A stretch of DNA of 64,000 bases from Psammoneis japonica (Eukaryota), in the NCBI GenBank assembly GCA_008632985.1, contig QPGO01000190.1, positions 62,001-126,000 on the forward strand, in the 5' to 3' direction. Below are positions 1 through 11,899 of the stretch, one piece after another (position 1 is the stretch's first letter; the number at the start of each line of letters is the position of its first letter). The position numbers and the translations under genes are program-made. The notes beneath the pieces were generated by a model. That model was given only the letters and a program-made list of their open reading frames with translations, was not told the origin of the DNA and did no database searches.

Positions 1-727
1 GTGTGCACCATGGGCTGTGCAGAGAAAAAACATGGTTTGAAGGGCTGCGGGGCCTCAGAATGTGGCAAGAAGGGCAAAGGCCAGATGCCAACTGTCAGGT
101 GAGCACCACATGTTTGAAGAGTGTGCTGGATGTTCTTGGAGGATGCATCTTGCTTCTTCTGTCATTTGAGGTTTAGATTTTTGATTGATTGTGGCTGACC
201 CTGACATGTGGATTTGTGCTGCAACACAACCACAGCAGACATGGTCACGAGCACCTTGAAATGCTGCTGGCATGTGTTGACTGTCAAACAACTCAATGAA
301 GTCATGAAGGTCAAACCAGGCAGAGCCAAAGAACTGATGTGTCGTCTGGGATCAGACGTTGAGAAACTTGAAACCAAGGCCAAGCATTCTGCAGCAGAGT
401 CAGCCCCAAACAGGAACAAACACAAGAGTGTGACAAACCATCATGTGGTTTGAGAAGCTGTTGCAGTGGGTGTCATGAAAGGAAGATGGTGAAACTTGGC
501 GGACATTTTGACAAAATTGGAAACAAATCATGGACATTTTCTCTGTTGTTCAGTTTCAAGTTGGACTCTTGTGCTGTTTTGTCGTCCGAAAAACAGCCAC
601 CCGCCCGTGCGTCGTGCGTCTGCACGTGTTCACAGCACGGATGCTTTCCTGACGTCATCCTCATTTTTCTGCTCGGCTTGCTCACATCTCACATTTTTTT
701 GGTTGGCGCTCCTGGCGTCCCGTTCAC

Positions 728-1100
728 ATGAGGCGCCTTCTCACGTTTCTTGTTGTGCTGATCGTGACCTGCACAGTTCACTCCTTTTGTCCGAGTGACA
801 ATGGAGACCCACGAATTGCTTTCACAAAGTCGCGGCTTGAAGCAATTCCGGATGGAACCACCGCTGCCCTAATCGTTTCCGAGGCTTTGGAAGCCTCCCG
901 GACGTCCTTTTTCATTTGTTTTTTTGGTGCTTCCGGTGCTGCTGTCATTGCCAGAAGCGTGTGCAAAAGTGTGGTGGAGATTCAAGAGCTGAAAGATGTC
1001 GGACCGACTCTGGGAGGATGAGAGACGCAGCATGGTCGGGCGCTCTTGGCGCTCCTGCAAGAATTGGTGACACACTGTTTTGATCCGGGAGCATTGCAAG
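728..1100 (+). pseudogene. Degenerate fragment of a secretory/plastid-targeted membrane protein
   Basis: MRRLLTFLVVLIVTCTVHSF resembles a signal peptide and is followed by a hydrophobic segment (SFFICFFGASGAAVIA). The frame ends early at 1021. Confidence 0.35.
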
Positions 1101-2049
1101 GTGTGTGCATGCACCCCCTGGTGGATGCTCATGTGTGTGCATTGCATGTCTTGTGGAAGAGCTGTTCTTCTGACGCTTCCCATTTTCCCTCTTCTTTGTT
1201 TTAAGCAGTTGTTCAAGGCGGCGTGGAAGAAAACAGAGACACTCTTGTAAAAGGAATGATGAACCATTTGTTTGCCGGATCGGAACGTGTTGGAAGTTGG
1301 AATGGCGAGCATGCTGCATGTTGCGCGTGAAAGTGGAGGAATTGCACACGTGTTAATCTTGCCAACTGCTCTTTTCTCTCTCACAAAGATTGAGCCGAGG
1401 AACACATCATTTGGGGCAAAACTTTCTATGTGGGACAAACGTCATGTAAATGGAGTTTTGGAATTTGAAAATGCTGTTCCTGTTGACTTTGAATTGCTGC
1501 TGTGGAACTCATTTCCATTTCTGTTTTTGTAACCAAAAATTAGCGCGTGGCTCCTGATTGCTTGTTGGTGCACGAAAAGCATGCAGACGCCTTGCTCAAG
1601 GAACTCCAGTCCACCAGGCGGTGGAACGGCACGTTTGTGGCTTAAAGAGCCGCATTGCACTGGCACATGCGCATCTCAACTCACTCCCTGTTTATCATGG
1701 CAGTCTTTGTGGCCCTGAAAGTGGTGAAGAACAGTCAAGCTTGCACACAACAAGCAGCTGTGGAGATCAATGTCTTTGGGTGCTGAGTCAAGACAAGGAT
1801 TTCTTGGCCATTAACGTCAAAGCGAAAACCGCAAGATGTGCACCTGCAATCGTGCAGTCCGCATCAGAATCACCTTTGCTTGGTGTTTGAATTGTTGGGG
1901 ATGAACACATGAGAGGTTTTGAATCAGCGGCAGTTCAGAGGGTTGCCCTTGACAAAGGTTCGGCCGCTGCTCATGAAAACAACGGACGGCAGCGTGAAGG
2001 AATTGTGTTGGCGATCAATTGTTCGACCGAGAAGGATTTTGATTCAAGC

Positions 2050-2326
2050 AATGTCAAGTGATTGCTTTCGGTTCGGCTTGCTGTGAAGGACACACGGCTC
2101 ACACCTACATTCGATCTCGGTTTTACCGCAGCCCAGAAGTTCTTCCACTCAAGGGCACCCTGCGATTCCGCTTTTGACATGTGGTCCTTGGGACGCATGG
2201 CGGCAGAACTGTTCCTCGGATTGTCCATTGCCTCACGGTTATGAACACGATCAGGTGAGGCGAATTTGTGAAACAATTGAACCCATTCCAGACATTGCGC
2301 ATGCTTGGCGAAAGGTGCGTGTCATT
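2050..2326 (+). pseudogene. DYRK/YAK1-family protein kinase fragment (subdomains VII-IX), frameshifted
   Basis: Manual translation gives IAFGSACCEGHTAHTYIRSRFYRSPEVL, then PCDSAFDMWSLGRMAAELFLGL. This matches the DYRK consensus IDFGSAC-x-TYIQSRFYRSPEV..PYD.AIDMWSLGC..AELFLG. Confidence 0.85.
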
Positions 2327-3929
2327 CTTTTTATTTGATGCTTTCTGTTGAACGGATGCATGTGCCAATTTATTGTTGCACGCTGCTCGTCGTTGTTCAG
2401 CACTAAATTTGTCCAAGCACTTTGCAAACTCTGTTTCCAAGTCAGAAACTACTTCAACTCCAATGCAGCCACAAACCGGCACAGACAGCGACAAGAAGCC
2501 ATCATGTTCGCCTCCACCCAAACAATTGTGGCGCATCAAGACACAGCAAGAACATGTGCGACCCTCTTTTCCGTCAAGAGTTTTCCAATTGCCATTCTTT
2601 TTGTCGTCATGGGTTGTGGGTAGTCTGGCACGATTTTGCTTTAAAATGCGGCGCCCGTGTTCAACCAAACCCCTCATTGCTGAGCACGACCTTGGATGAA
2701 CACATCTTCCACAACAGCAGTCGCGGCTTCTGTTTCAGATGGATCTTCGCTCGCGTCGGAAAAGCTCTTGACAAGGGCGTCCTGAAGTGGTTTGGGCAAG
2801 TTCCGGTTGCCGCGAACGCAAAGCATGCCGTTGGCACGCTCACGCAACAATGACGGGCATCATCGGCAATGGCAACCAAGTCCTGCACGTGTGTCTTGCC
2901 GTTCTGAGGCACAGCCTGTGTCGTCCACAGCATCAGCAAAAGGCGCCAATGGACAGACGTCGGCAAAGTGTCGAGTGAGGTGTGCAGCATCCCCGATCCG
3001 ACTCAAGCAACACCTTCAAGGACGCGTCCTCCTCGGCACCAAATGATTTGTAACTGGCCGCGAGCTTCTTGGGATGCTTTTTTTCCTTTGTCGGGTCCTC
3101 AACGATTGTTGACATTCTGATGGAGACCGCCCTTAAGATTGTCGACCAAGCCTGAAACGGGCCTGGTGGATTCGTGCGGTGCATGAGATGCTCAATGCTG
3201 ATGGTCGCAACCTGTGTGGCAATCTTTGGACAAAATGGACGCTCTCAACCAATGACCTGGCACTCAATGACAGTCTTAATTACCTCACTTGCACTGTCAG
3301 CGGATGATTGCAAGCAGACGATGTGAAATCGAGTTTTCAAAAGCGCGAAAGAGATGTTCTGATTACAGTGCGTCATCTAATTTTTGTTTTGTTTTCATGA
3401 TCTTGATCTGCAGGCCGATGCTCTACAGCGCGCGCCAACTGATCCCTCTCGAGCCCCAGTCCCAGTCCCACCCCATGCCTGCCATGCTAAACCCAACAAT
3501 CCGTGAGCTTCTACCTTGCACGCAAAAAGCCCGTCCAATGTTTGTTTTCGTTTTCTCATTCTATTCCGCCAGTCCTGCAATGGTTTTCGACTTGAACATT
3601 GGAGCAAGTGTTGCTGCTGTTCAACATTAGCTTTCAGAGGCAATCTAGATCTTGCATTCTCTTCGACCGGTTTACAAAACCAGTTCCGAAACGGCGGCCA
3701 ACTCACATGTGTCCTCTTGACAATGCGTGCCTCAATGCGAGATCTGGACAGCCTCTTCCAACTTTGCTGCTGCAGTTTAAACTTGAGCACCAAGATGCAA
3801 GTGAGTGCACACCACAAGCTGACATCTGAAACAATTTCTGCCCAACACGTCTTCACGACAATGCAGGCCTGAACAAAAAATAAGATGTACAACCACAGAC
3901 GATCTTCTCCACCCGCAACAGCAAAAAAC

Positions 3930-5180
3930 TCAGCCTCGTCGCACTCCCTGCAACTCGGGAGCCGGATGTTCCTCCAGGTGCTTGTCAATCGTCTGCCTCT
4001 CGCTCCCATCCATACATTTAATGTCGTGATGCGCCACGAGATCATCATCAAAGTAAACCCTGAGAATCTTGGCCAACACACGAGTGTTGTTGCGGCAGCA
4101 ATGCACGTCTTGGCCCTTCTCGTACTTGGACGTCGGTTTTTTGGGGGCGGGAGATAGATTCTTTTCTTCTGTCTGTCGCTCTCTGCCGTTGGAGAAGAGG
4201 ACAGTGTAGCACGGAGTTTTGTCGTCAAGGTGAATGCCAATGATCTTGGCAGAAGCGACGTCGTTGGCATTGCTGTTTGTGCACTTGACGTTCTCGCCGA
4301 CTTTGCACTGGGGCTTTGGAGGGCTCGGCTTGTGAGGCGATGCTTCGATGTCGTCTTTTTCTGATGTTGGTGTTTTTGGGATGGGCGATAGATTCTTTTC
4401 AACCGTCTGCCTCTCTCTGTCATTAGAGAAGAGGACAGTGTAGTGTGGAGTTTTGTCGTCGCGGTGAACACTGATGATCTTGGCAGAAGCGACGTCGTTG
4501 GCATTGCTGTTCGTGTACAAAACTCTCTCACCGACTCTGTGCTGGTGCTTTGGAGGGCTCGGCTTGACAGGTGAAGCTTGGACGTTGTCTTTTTCTGGTT
4601 TGACGTTGTAGCGGCACTTTGGAAGGCTCGGCTTGGGGGATGAAGCTTTGACGTTGTCTTTTTCTTTAAAATCGACGGAGGGTGGGGGGTTGTAGTTTGA
4701 AGACGGCTCGTGAGCCACTCCACTGTTGGAAGCAGTGCCGTTGGCAGAGCTGAACGCAAGAAATGGAATGTCAAAGAAAGAAGGTGACGTTAGAAGCAAG
4801 CGTCATGACAATGGGCAGCACAACAAGAGCAACAAAAACTTGCGATGCAAATGGCTCATTGACGTCGTAACGATGCATCTTGCGTTGCGCCTCCACAAAG
4901 TGGCTGCGACGAACGTGGGGAGGCTGGTTAAATTCAGAACAATTCCACCTTGTCTGCTTGGGCAATGCCGTAGCAAGGATCATATGGAGCCAGAGGAGAA
5001 ATGCAACCACAAAGGTTCGGACGACGATCCAGACGTCGATGTTCCTCAACAAGCAACACAAGACGAAGCAGAGCACCGCGCACACTGGGAACTCTTTAGG
5101 ATCCCTGCGCAGGCAAGAAATGGCTCGGCCACAGTCACCAATGAGAAACAAAGCGTTCAAGAAGAGGAAAGCATACAACA
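3930..5180 (-). pseudogene. Partly mutated gene with three tandem SH3/Tudor-like repeats and a probable hydrophobic N-terminal exon
   Basis: ORF 3930..4799 has 3 copies of (Y)xVGExVxY...AKIxxVHxDD..P(Y)YTV.F..GRERQT.E..L, with several expected Tyr seen as His/Cys. The fold assignment is inference. Confidence 0.6.
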
Positions 5181-5642
5181 TGGTGACATTGTTGATGTGA
5201 CACTTTACTTTCTTGCCAGAACTGCGATTGTGAGACGAAGAAAGTGCGTGGGAAAGTGCGTGCTTGCGTGTTTCAGATTTTCGCGTGTGGGGAATTGTGT
5301 CCGCGAAGTGGCAAGTTGGTTTTGACACAATTTAAACCGGTGCTGGGTTTGATCCAAGCAATCATCTTGAACCCAAACTCAGAATGCCGCTACAATCTTC
5401 ATCGTCATGGCCACGGCGTGTTTTCGTTTCTGCTTGTTTGCTCCTGACGACTTCGCCAAAAGTCTGTGTGAGGCAATAAATCTGTGTCGTGCTTTCCGTT
5501 GACACGCGCATGACAGTTAGTTTTGTTCATTGTGGGGCTGTTGAACGACATGTTTTTTGTGATGTTGATCGCTGTTTCGCGCGCACCAGTGGCGGCCAAC
5601 CACACCAACACACACAACACCATGGGCAACACTTTTGCAGTG

Positions 5643-6082
5643 TGCATGCAGACAAAAGGTTATTTTGTCACGCCCTTTGTGACATTTAAAGGCTGCAACA
5701 CGTCACCGTGATGCATCAACTCTCATTGGCAGCTGTGTGTTGCACTCCTCCCCATGTGTCGCACGTCCATGCGGCTCTTTGCTGACGTGTGCTGACACTG
5801 CACGGTTTTGGCGGAACAGTGTGGGTACGTGCGAAGGAACATGCAGAACTGCACAGAGTTTTACGCGTTCGACAGTGATCAACGTTGCTGCAGACAACTC
5901 CCACTCAGGGTTTCGAACCCCTGGCCTCCTGCCCAATGGTTGCGATGAACCACTCCGCTGTGAATTCACAACGCAGCATGCATGCAGACAAAAGGTCATT
6001 TTGTCACGCCCTTTGTGACGTTTAAAGGCTGCAACACGTCGCCGTGATGCATTGACTCTTGTTGGTGGCTGCATGTTGCACT
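5643..6082. repeat. Pair of ~104-bp direct repeats (5643-5746 and 5979-6082)
   Basis: Ungapped alignment by eye shows 7 differing sites, all at pyrimidine-purine dinucleotides. Confidence 0.9.
5897..5968 (-). other. tRNA-like sequence (pseudo-tRNA or SINE head) with Pol III A and B boxes
   Basis: Minus strand reads CAGCGGAGTGGTTCATCGC (A box/D arm) ... CAGGGGTTCGAAACCCTG (B box/T arm). Anticodon arm and acceptor stem are poor. Confidence 0.6.
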
Positions 6083-6299
6083 TTGCTGTTTTGCGGCCTG
6101 GAATCTCTCCCTTGGCTAAACCACCTGACACCCTTGGTTTGCTGTTGCCAGGGGATTGCTGGAAATGACCGTGTTTGGATTTTTCTCAGATGGCCTGCAT
6201 CCTGCAAGTGGCTCGTGAAACACAAGTTCCGCGCTCTTTGTCCAGACAGCGACACCAGGAACTCGCGCACCAGATGCATTGGTTTCGAGCATGCAACAG

Positions 6300-7640
6300 C
6301 TCCAGAACCATCCCGGTCACATGGAGGTCGGCTTCCAGTCAAAAGAATGTTCAAGTCTCCAGATCTGGGGATCTTTCTGTGTGGTTCCACAATCTCCATG
6401 GGACCAGCTGCTTGTGCTGCGGCGGACCCCGTCACTTGCTTTGACGGCATCTCCCATTGCGAGCATGCTGCCAATGCAAAGATTTGTGGGTGCTGCGTGT
6501 TCCATTGCCATTGACCCGGCAACAGGGTCTCGTGTTTCACCACTGTGCACCACCAGTTGCTCAACTTTGTGGAACAAAAAGACCCAGAAACCCAAAATGT
6601 CATGTTTGAAGCTGTTTGGACAGACATCATTCGAGATGGAACATGGCGCAGTTTCACCCTGTGTGTTTCCTGCGATGGAACAACCAACATGCCTCCACCT
6701 CTGCCAAAGGTCCAGGTGGATTGCAGCCACCTGAACGGGGCACTGCGCGGCCTTGGCTTTGCCCTTTCCGCCATCATGATTCTTCTTTCTGTTGCACTTG
6801 GGGTCTGGACCACCTGCCACAGAATGGGCAGAGTCGTCAAGGCGTCACAGTCCATTTTCTTGCTTTTCACATGCGGCGGTGCTGCATGACACAACAGCCA
6901 TCTGTGTTTTGCCACATAAAGTGAAGACAGGGCTCATGCAATGTTTCGGGGTTGCGCAATCTTGTGTGTGTCGCTGAGGTCGGCCATTGTTCCTTTGAGT
7001 TTTGACAACAAAATTGCGGGCAAAGCTGGTTGTGACCTTGCGTGTCAAAGCACACCTTGGCCATTCATCCTTGGTTTTGCTCTTGCCTTTTCTGCGTCAT
7101 TCAGCATGACATGGCGGACAAACAAAATGTTTCACAAGCCTGGTGGCACCGTTGGTTGCTCTCTCTTGCTTGTTGATGCAGCGATGCTTGCAATTTGGAC
7201 GGGGACAGTTCCCTTGGCATGGGAGCGCGAGATGCTCCCAGCGGACGTGTTTGGGAAGACAGTGGAAACAGGAGGAATTTGCAAGTCCGACGCGCTTGCA
7301 GGGCACGTGTCTGTGCTGGTTGTTGCCACATGGGGGTTGGTGGTGGCTTCGTTTCAGGCATGCTGAGCAAGGGATGTCACTGTTGAGTTTGCTGAGAGCA
7401 CGCACACAGGTTGGAGATGCACAATGCTCGAGGCAGGAAATCAAGAAGTGTGTCGGAGTGGCGGTGATGGCTCGCATGCACAGAACGAGATTCACACTAG
7501 AGAAGGAGGCTCCAGATGTGTGCAGTGTCCGCACATTTTTAACATCACTGTGGTCAGATGCCCCAGCGCATGCCAAAATGCCAATGAATGACTGCGCTTC
7601 ATTGTGACTGCGTTTCATCATTCACCCATGCAGATGATGG
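6300..7640 (+). pseudogene. Class C (GABA-B-like) GPCR, 7TM region, disrupted
   Basis: GLGFALSAIMILLSVALGVWT..HRMGRVVKASQSIFL, PWPFILGFALAFSASFSMTWRTNKMF, PLAWERE and FQAC*ARDVTVEFAES match 7tm_3 motifs. Several stops and frameshifts. Confidence 0.85.
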
Positions 7641-8164
7641 CAGAGAGCTTCGAAAATTGTCAGCAAAACAGAAACGCATCAAAGGCATGAGAAAATCTGC
7701 AGTGGTTGCAGGATGAACAACTGGTCAAGGCACGGCACAAAGGGATCCCCACCGCTGCACTGGCATGCCACATGTCTCAATTGGAAGGACTGGCCATCCC
7801 AGATGCACCGGGATGCGTTGACCTTTTGCTTTTCGTCCCATTTGACCAAGCTCCTCTCATTTCCCATCAAGGTCTGGAAATGCGGTCATGCCCACTGCAA
7901 TTTGTTGGAGACACACGTCCACTCTCGGGGTTGTAAAGCCCAAGAGAAACCCAACCATTGCACAGATGGTTCAGTGGTCGGAATCAACCAAACCCCATGA
8001 GCAGACAGGGAACAGAGAGAAGGCGCTCAAGCTCCATGTCAGTGCTGTTGGGGTGGAGACAATTTGTGTGCTTGATGGGATTAGAGGCAAAGTTTGGGCA
8101 TGGTCAAGCCCAATGCATCCACTCTGGTTCTAATGCACGTCAGCTTCTGCATTGCACATCCTGT

Positions 8165-8460
8165 TTGGGTGATCATCAAGAGATGCTCTTGGAAACTGGA
8201 TGCATTGTGTGCCTCACACAACTTCTTCAAACATCTTGCTGCCAGCTGCTGCACCCTGCTCTTGCTCAAGCCCATGGCATCAGCACACTCAGCAATTGAC
8301 AGGGTGAATCCATTGGACAAACAGCACTGCAATCTCATTGACTGCACTTCACGAGCATTCAGGTTTTGCACCAAAGCTGTCACAATGTCCGCATGTCTGT
8401 TCCACCATTTCCACATTGGCTGTGAAATTCTTGCCATTGCCCATGATGTGATGGAGGCTC
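8165..8460 (-). pseudogene. Sigma-70 factor region 4 relic (nuclear-encoded plastid sigma factor-like)
   Basis: LNAREVQSMRLQCCLSNGFTLSIAECADAMGLSKSRVQQLAARCLKKL matches the region 4 pattern L..RE..V.RLRYGL..G...S..E....MG.S..RV.Q....L.KL. Confidence 0.75.
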
Positions 8461-10029
8461 TTGACTCTGTGTCACAGTCAAGAAGAAAGTGTCTTCCACC
8501 CAAATGATGTGTGATCTTTTGACAGCCAACCACATTTGGGTTCTTGCCTTCCCCAATCTGTTCTGGGGTGCCACCGCACCACCTTCACTTTGGGCATCTC
8601 CCTCCTTTTGTCCAAAAGAAGTGTCAACAAGGGCTCCAACTTCAGCAGCAATGTCCGCTCCAGCCATGGCAGATTGTCTGGGTTCACCTGCAAAGGTTTG
8701 TCAGATTCAATTGCCAGCAAAACTCCCTCTGGCAGTTGCAGCAGGGTTGTGACTTTTGTTGAACACCAGGGAAAAGAATGCAGCTGAGAGTGAGAGTGCT
8801 GCTCTTGTCAAGCTTGCAAGGTGCATCATGAACAGCCACAGCACATTTGGGCACAGCTGGCCAAGACACGAGAGCAAATTTTCATCTGGGCCTCAAAGCA
8901 CATGGCCTTGTGGGCTGGCAGCAGGTGAGGTTGACCAGACTTTGGGTCAACCCAGCATGCAGTGGCAGCTGTGCAGGTTGATGCATGTTTCCAAGGTGTT
9001 TGCACTCTTTGGCACATGACAAAATTCTTGGTGCCAGCAGCAGCACCACAAGCACCAGGGCACAAGCCCAGATTGTTGGCAGCCATGCCATCAGCAGCTC
9101 CAGCCAATGAGATGGAGTGGGTGGGTGGGTGTTCATCAAGAATTGTTCACCTGGACAATTGTGCAGCACCAGCTGGTTTGGACAACAACAATCTTGTGCC
9201 ACTGTGCAGCAGAAAACAATGAATTGCACAGCACATGCTGTGTCTGCAGGCTGGCCCACAGGTGCAGCTGATCATGCAGAAGCACCTTGTGAGCCTGCTG
9301 TCATCCACAGGAGTTTTGCACAGGCAAATCATGACCCAGCTGACTGCCCCACAATTGGCACATCTCATTTCATGAAGGAGTGGCACAGAAGCCATGCATC
9401 ACCAAATGCTTGAGCTTGCACAGAACAGTCTCACAATTTTCACAACACTGGAGTTTCTGTCACCACTCAATTGCCCAGACCCTGCTCCTGTGCTTGGGTG
9501 CAAATGTTCATTCCTCAGGTGGAGATGTCTTTCAAGCCTTGTTCCCAAACCTCAGCTGGGGGGCTGCAGAAGCTTCTTGCTTTCCCACAGGCTTCACACC
9601 GTGTCACACCCAACACTTCCAAGTCCTTGGACTTGGCCCTTGGCTTGGCAGCTTGGCATCAGCTTCAGCAGGTTGCTCAATGCCAAATGTTTTCTTCATG
9701 GCATGAACCTCATTGTCAGACTTTGTTTTGTCACAGCAGCAGCAGCCTTGTGCTTGTGTGCTGCACTTTGCTTCTTGTTCACACAGCTTTGCAAGCTTTG
9801 TCTTGCTCTTTTCCATTGAGAGTGTGCCGTGACACTTTCTGCACTTGCTGCTGTTTTTCCACATGAAACATGCAGCCTCGCTGTTTTGTGCAATTCAACA
9901 TTGCTTCTCTCAGCAGTTTGCACAAGAGCTTTGTTGTGCTGCCTCCACTGCCACTTGCAAGAACCACACCCATGCACACAGATGGCTGCCACAGACAGCG
10001 TGAAACAAATTTCAGTCTCCCACACCCCA

Positions 10030-10250
10030 GAACAACAGATCAGAGAAGGGAAGAACTTGGGTGTGGCTGGGCATCAGGACATTGCACATTGCTTGGTCTT
10101 TGATGTCAAAATGGACCTCATGAGGAAAGCAAAATTTGTGGCTGGCACACACACACAACAAAAGCTCTGGTCAGAGTTGCATGTTCAAGTGTTGCATCAA
10201 GAGACGGCGTTTGCACTTTTTTGCTTTTGGCAGCATTGGATGGTTTTGTC
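10030..10250 (+). mobile_element. Ty1/copia (CoDi-like) reverse transcriptase fragment
   Basis: GHQDIAHCLVFDVKMDLMRKAKFVAG then LLAALDG, matching copia RT GYQ.I..H.VFDVK.D..RKAR.VAGGH...LLAALN. Confidence 0.85.
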
Positions 10251-11899
10251 TGGAAAATGTTGTGGCTCTTGTTCAGAACTTGTTTTGCTCTTGTCAAGAA
10301 TCCTGTGTTCTTAACAAGTGCTCGTCAATTGCGCAAAATCAATTTTGACAATTTTTTAACATTCCAAGCAGGCTTAACACTCAATGAAAATGACTCTAAT
10401 TCTTCATTCAATCTTGACAAGATTGTGACCACAATGATTTTAAAATTGTTCAGCTCACGTTCGCAATTAATGCAACCTTCTAAGCAGGAAACAACCATCA
10501 ATGAAGCTTCTTGACAAGGGTGCAACCACGACTGCTTTGCAACATTGTTCATTTCTGACAACTGCAACATTCATTTGTTGCATTGAGATGCTCGTGCATT
10601 GACTGCATGTTTCTTGCAAGGTGATTGTGCCAGCTGTGTTTCATCATTTCTGCAGTGAACGTGTTCTTGCTTCCTGTTTCCTGCTCTTCCCTCCTTGGCT
10701 TTCTCCTGTCTCCTGCCTGCTCTCCCATGCCGCAGTGATGGCATGATGCTTTGCTCATTTTGCAGACCCTTGCATCCGCTCTTGCTTGCCAAGCACAATT
10801 CTGTCATTTGTTCCATGTTGTGACCTTGTCTCTTTTGCTTTTCATGCCAGATTGCCAAAGCTTTGCCTGCAAAGAAGAGAAAAGAGCTTGCAACAGATCA
10901 GAGCACTGTGCGTGTGCTTTGTTTTTGAATGAGCTGCTTGTCTTGACAAAAACAGTGCTTCTGCTCACCTTTGCATGCAACCATGTCTCTTTCAGGCTTT
11001 GCACCAGTTTGCCAAAGCATTGCCTGCAAAGAAGAGAAAAGAGCACACAACAGATGAGAGCATTGTGCTTGCATTGTTTTGAACATGCTTTGCTCACCTT
11101 TGTGTGGCCCCTGCAGGGCCATCTTCCCTTCCGTCTCCCTTTGCATGTCATCAACGTCATGTCTGAGTTGAAAAATTGGCAAAAGCACCAGTTGTTTGCA
11201 TTGTTGCCCAAGCTCTGTGCACTCACCGACTCAGTTCCTGCCTCTCTCTTTCCTTGTGTTCCGCATTGTCCTCCTCCCCCTGATGCTCTTCCATTGCCTT
11301 CCCTTGCTGATGATGTCGTTGTCACGATGTTTGATGAGCCTTGTGTTTTGTGTCTTGTGAGGAAATGATGGTTCGTGTTTTTGCAGCAATGTCAAGCCTG
11401 TCTGCCTGGTGATTCCTGTCAGCATCATTTTTTAAGTGACAGTTTTGTTTTAAAATTCCATGCTCACATCGGCTTTGAAGGTTTGAATGATTTAAAATGA
11501 CTTGACGATGATTCATCCATTCACACAGGTTTTGCATGTTTGTTGGCAGTTGGTCAATTTCTCATCTTTCATTGTGCTAATGTGTTCTTGTCAAGATGCA
11601 AATTTTCACAGTCTTGCTGCACAGCTTTCATCATGTCAATGTGTTCTTGTTGATGCAAATTTTCACAGTCTTTCTGTGCAGGTTGAGCCAGCAAATCTCA
11701 AGCTCAATCTCAGCCACAAGAGCTCAGCAGCAGGAGCCCTCAGAGAAACCAAGACTCTGCTGCTGGAGCTGCTGCAGCACTGGCTGATGGTCCAAACCCG
11801 GCAACTGCCACCACTGCTGCTGCCTTCACAATGACAAAGCTGCGCGCCAATGTGGGCTTGCACCACTCTCCAGCCATTGTTGCAACCAAAAATCTTGAA

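Noticed and set aside
3395..4774. 459-aa ORF
   Set aside because: An off-frame shadow of the repeat-domain gene at 3930-4799.
5897..5968. Functional tRNA gene
   Set aside because: The anticodon arm and acceptor stem do not fold convincingly.
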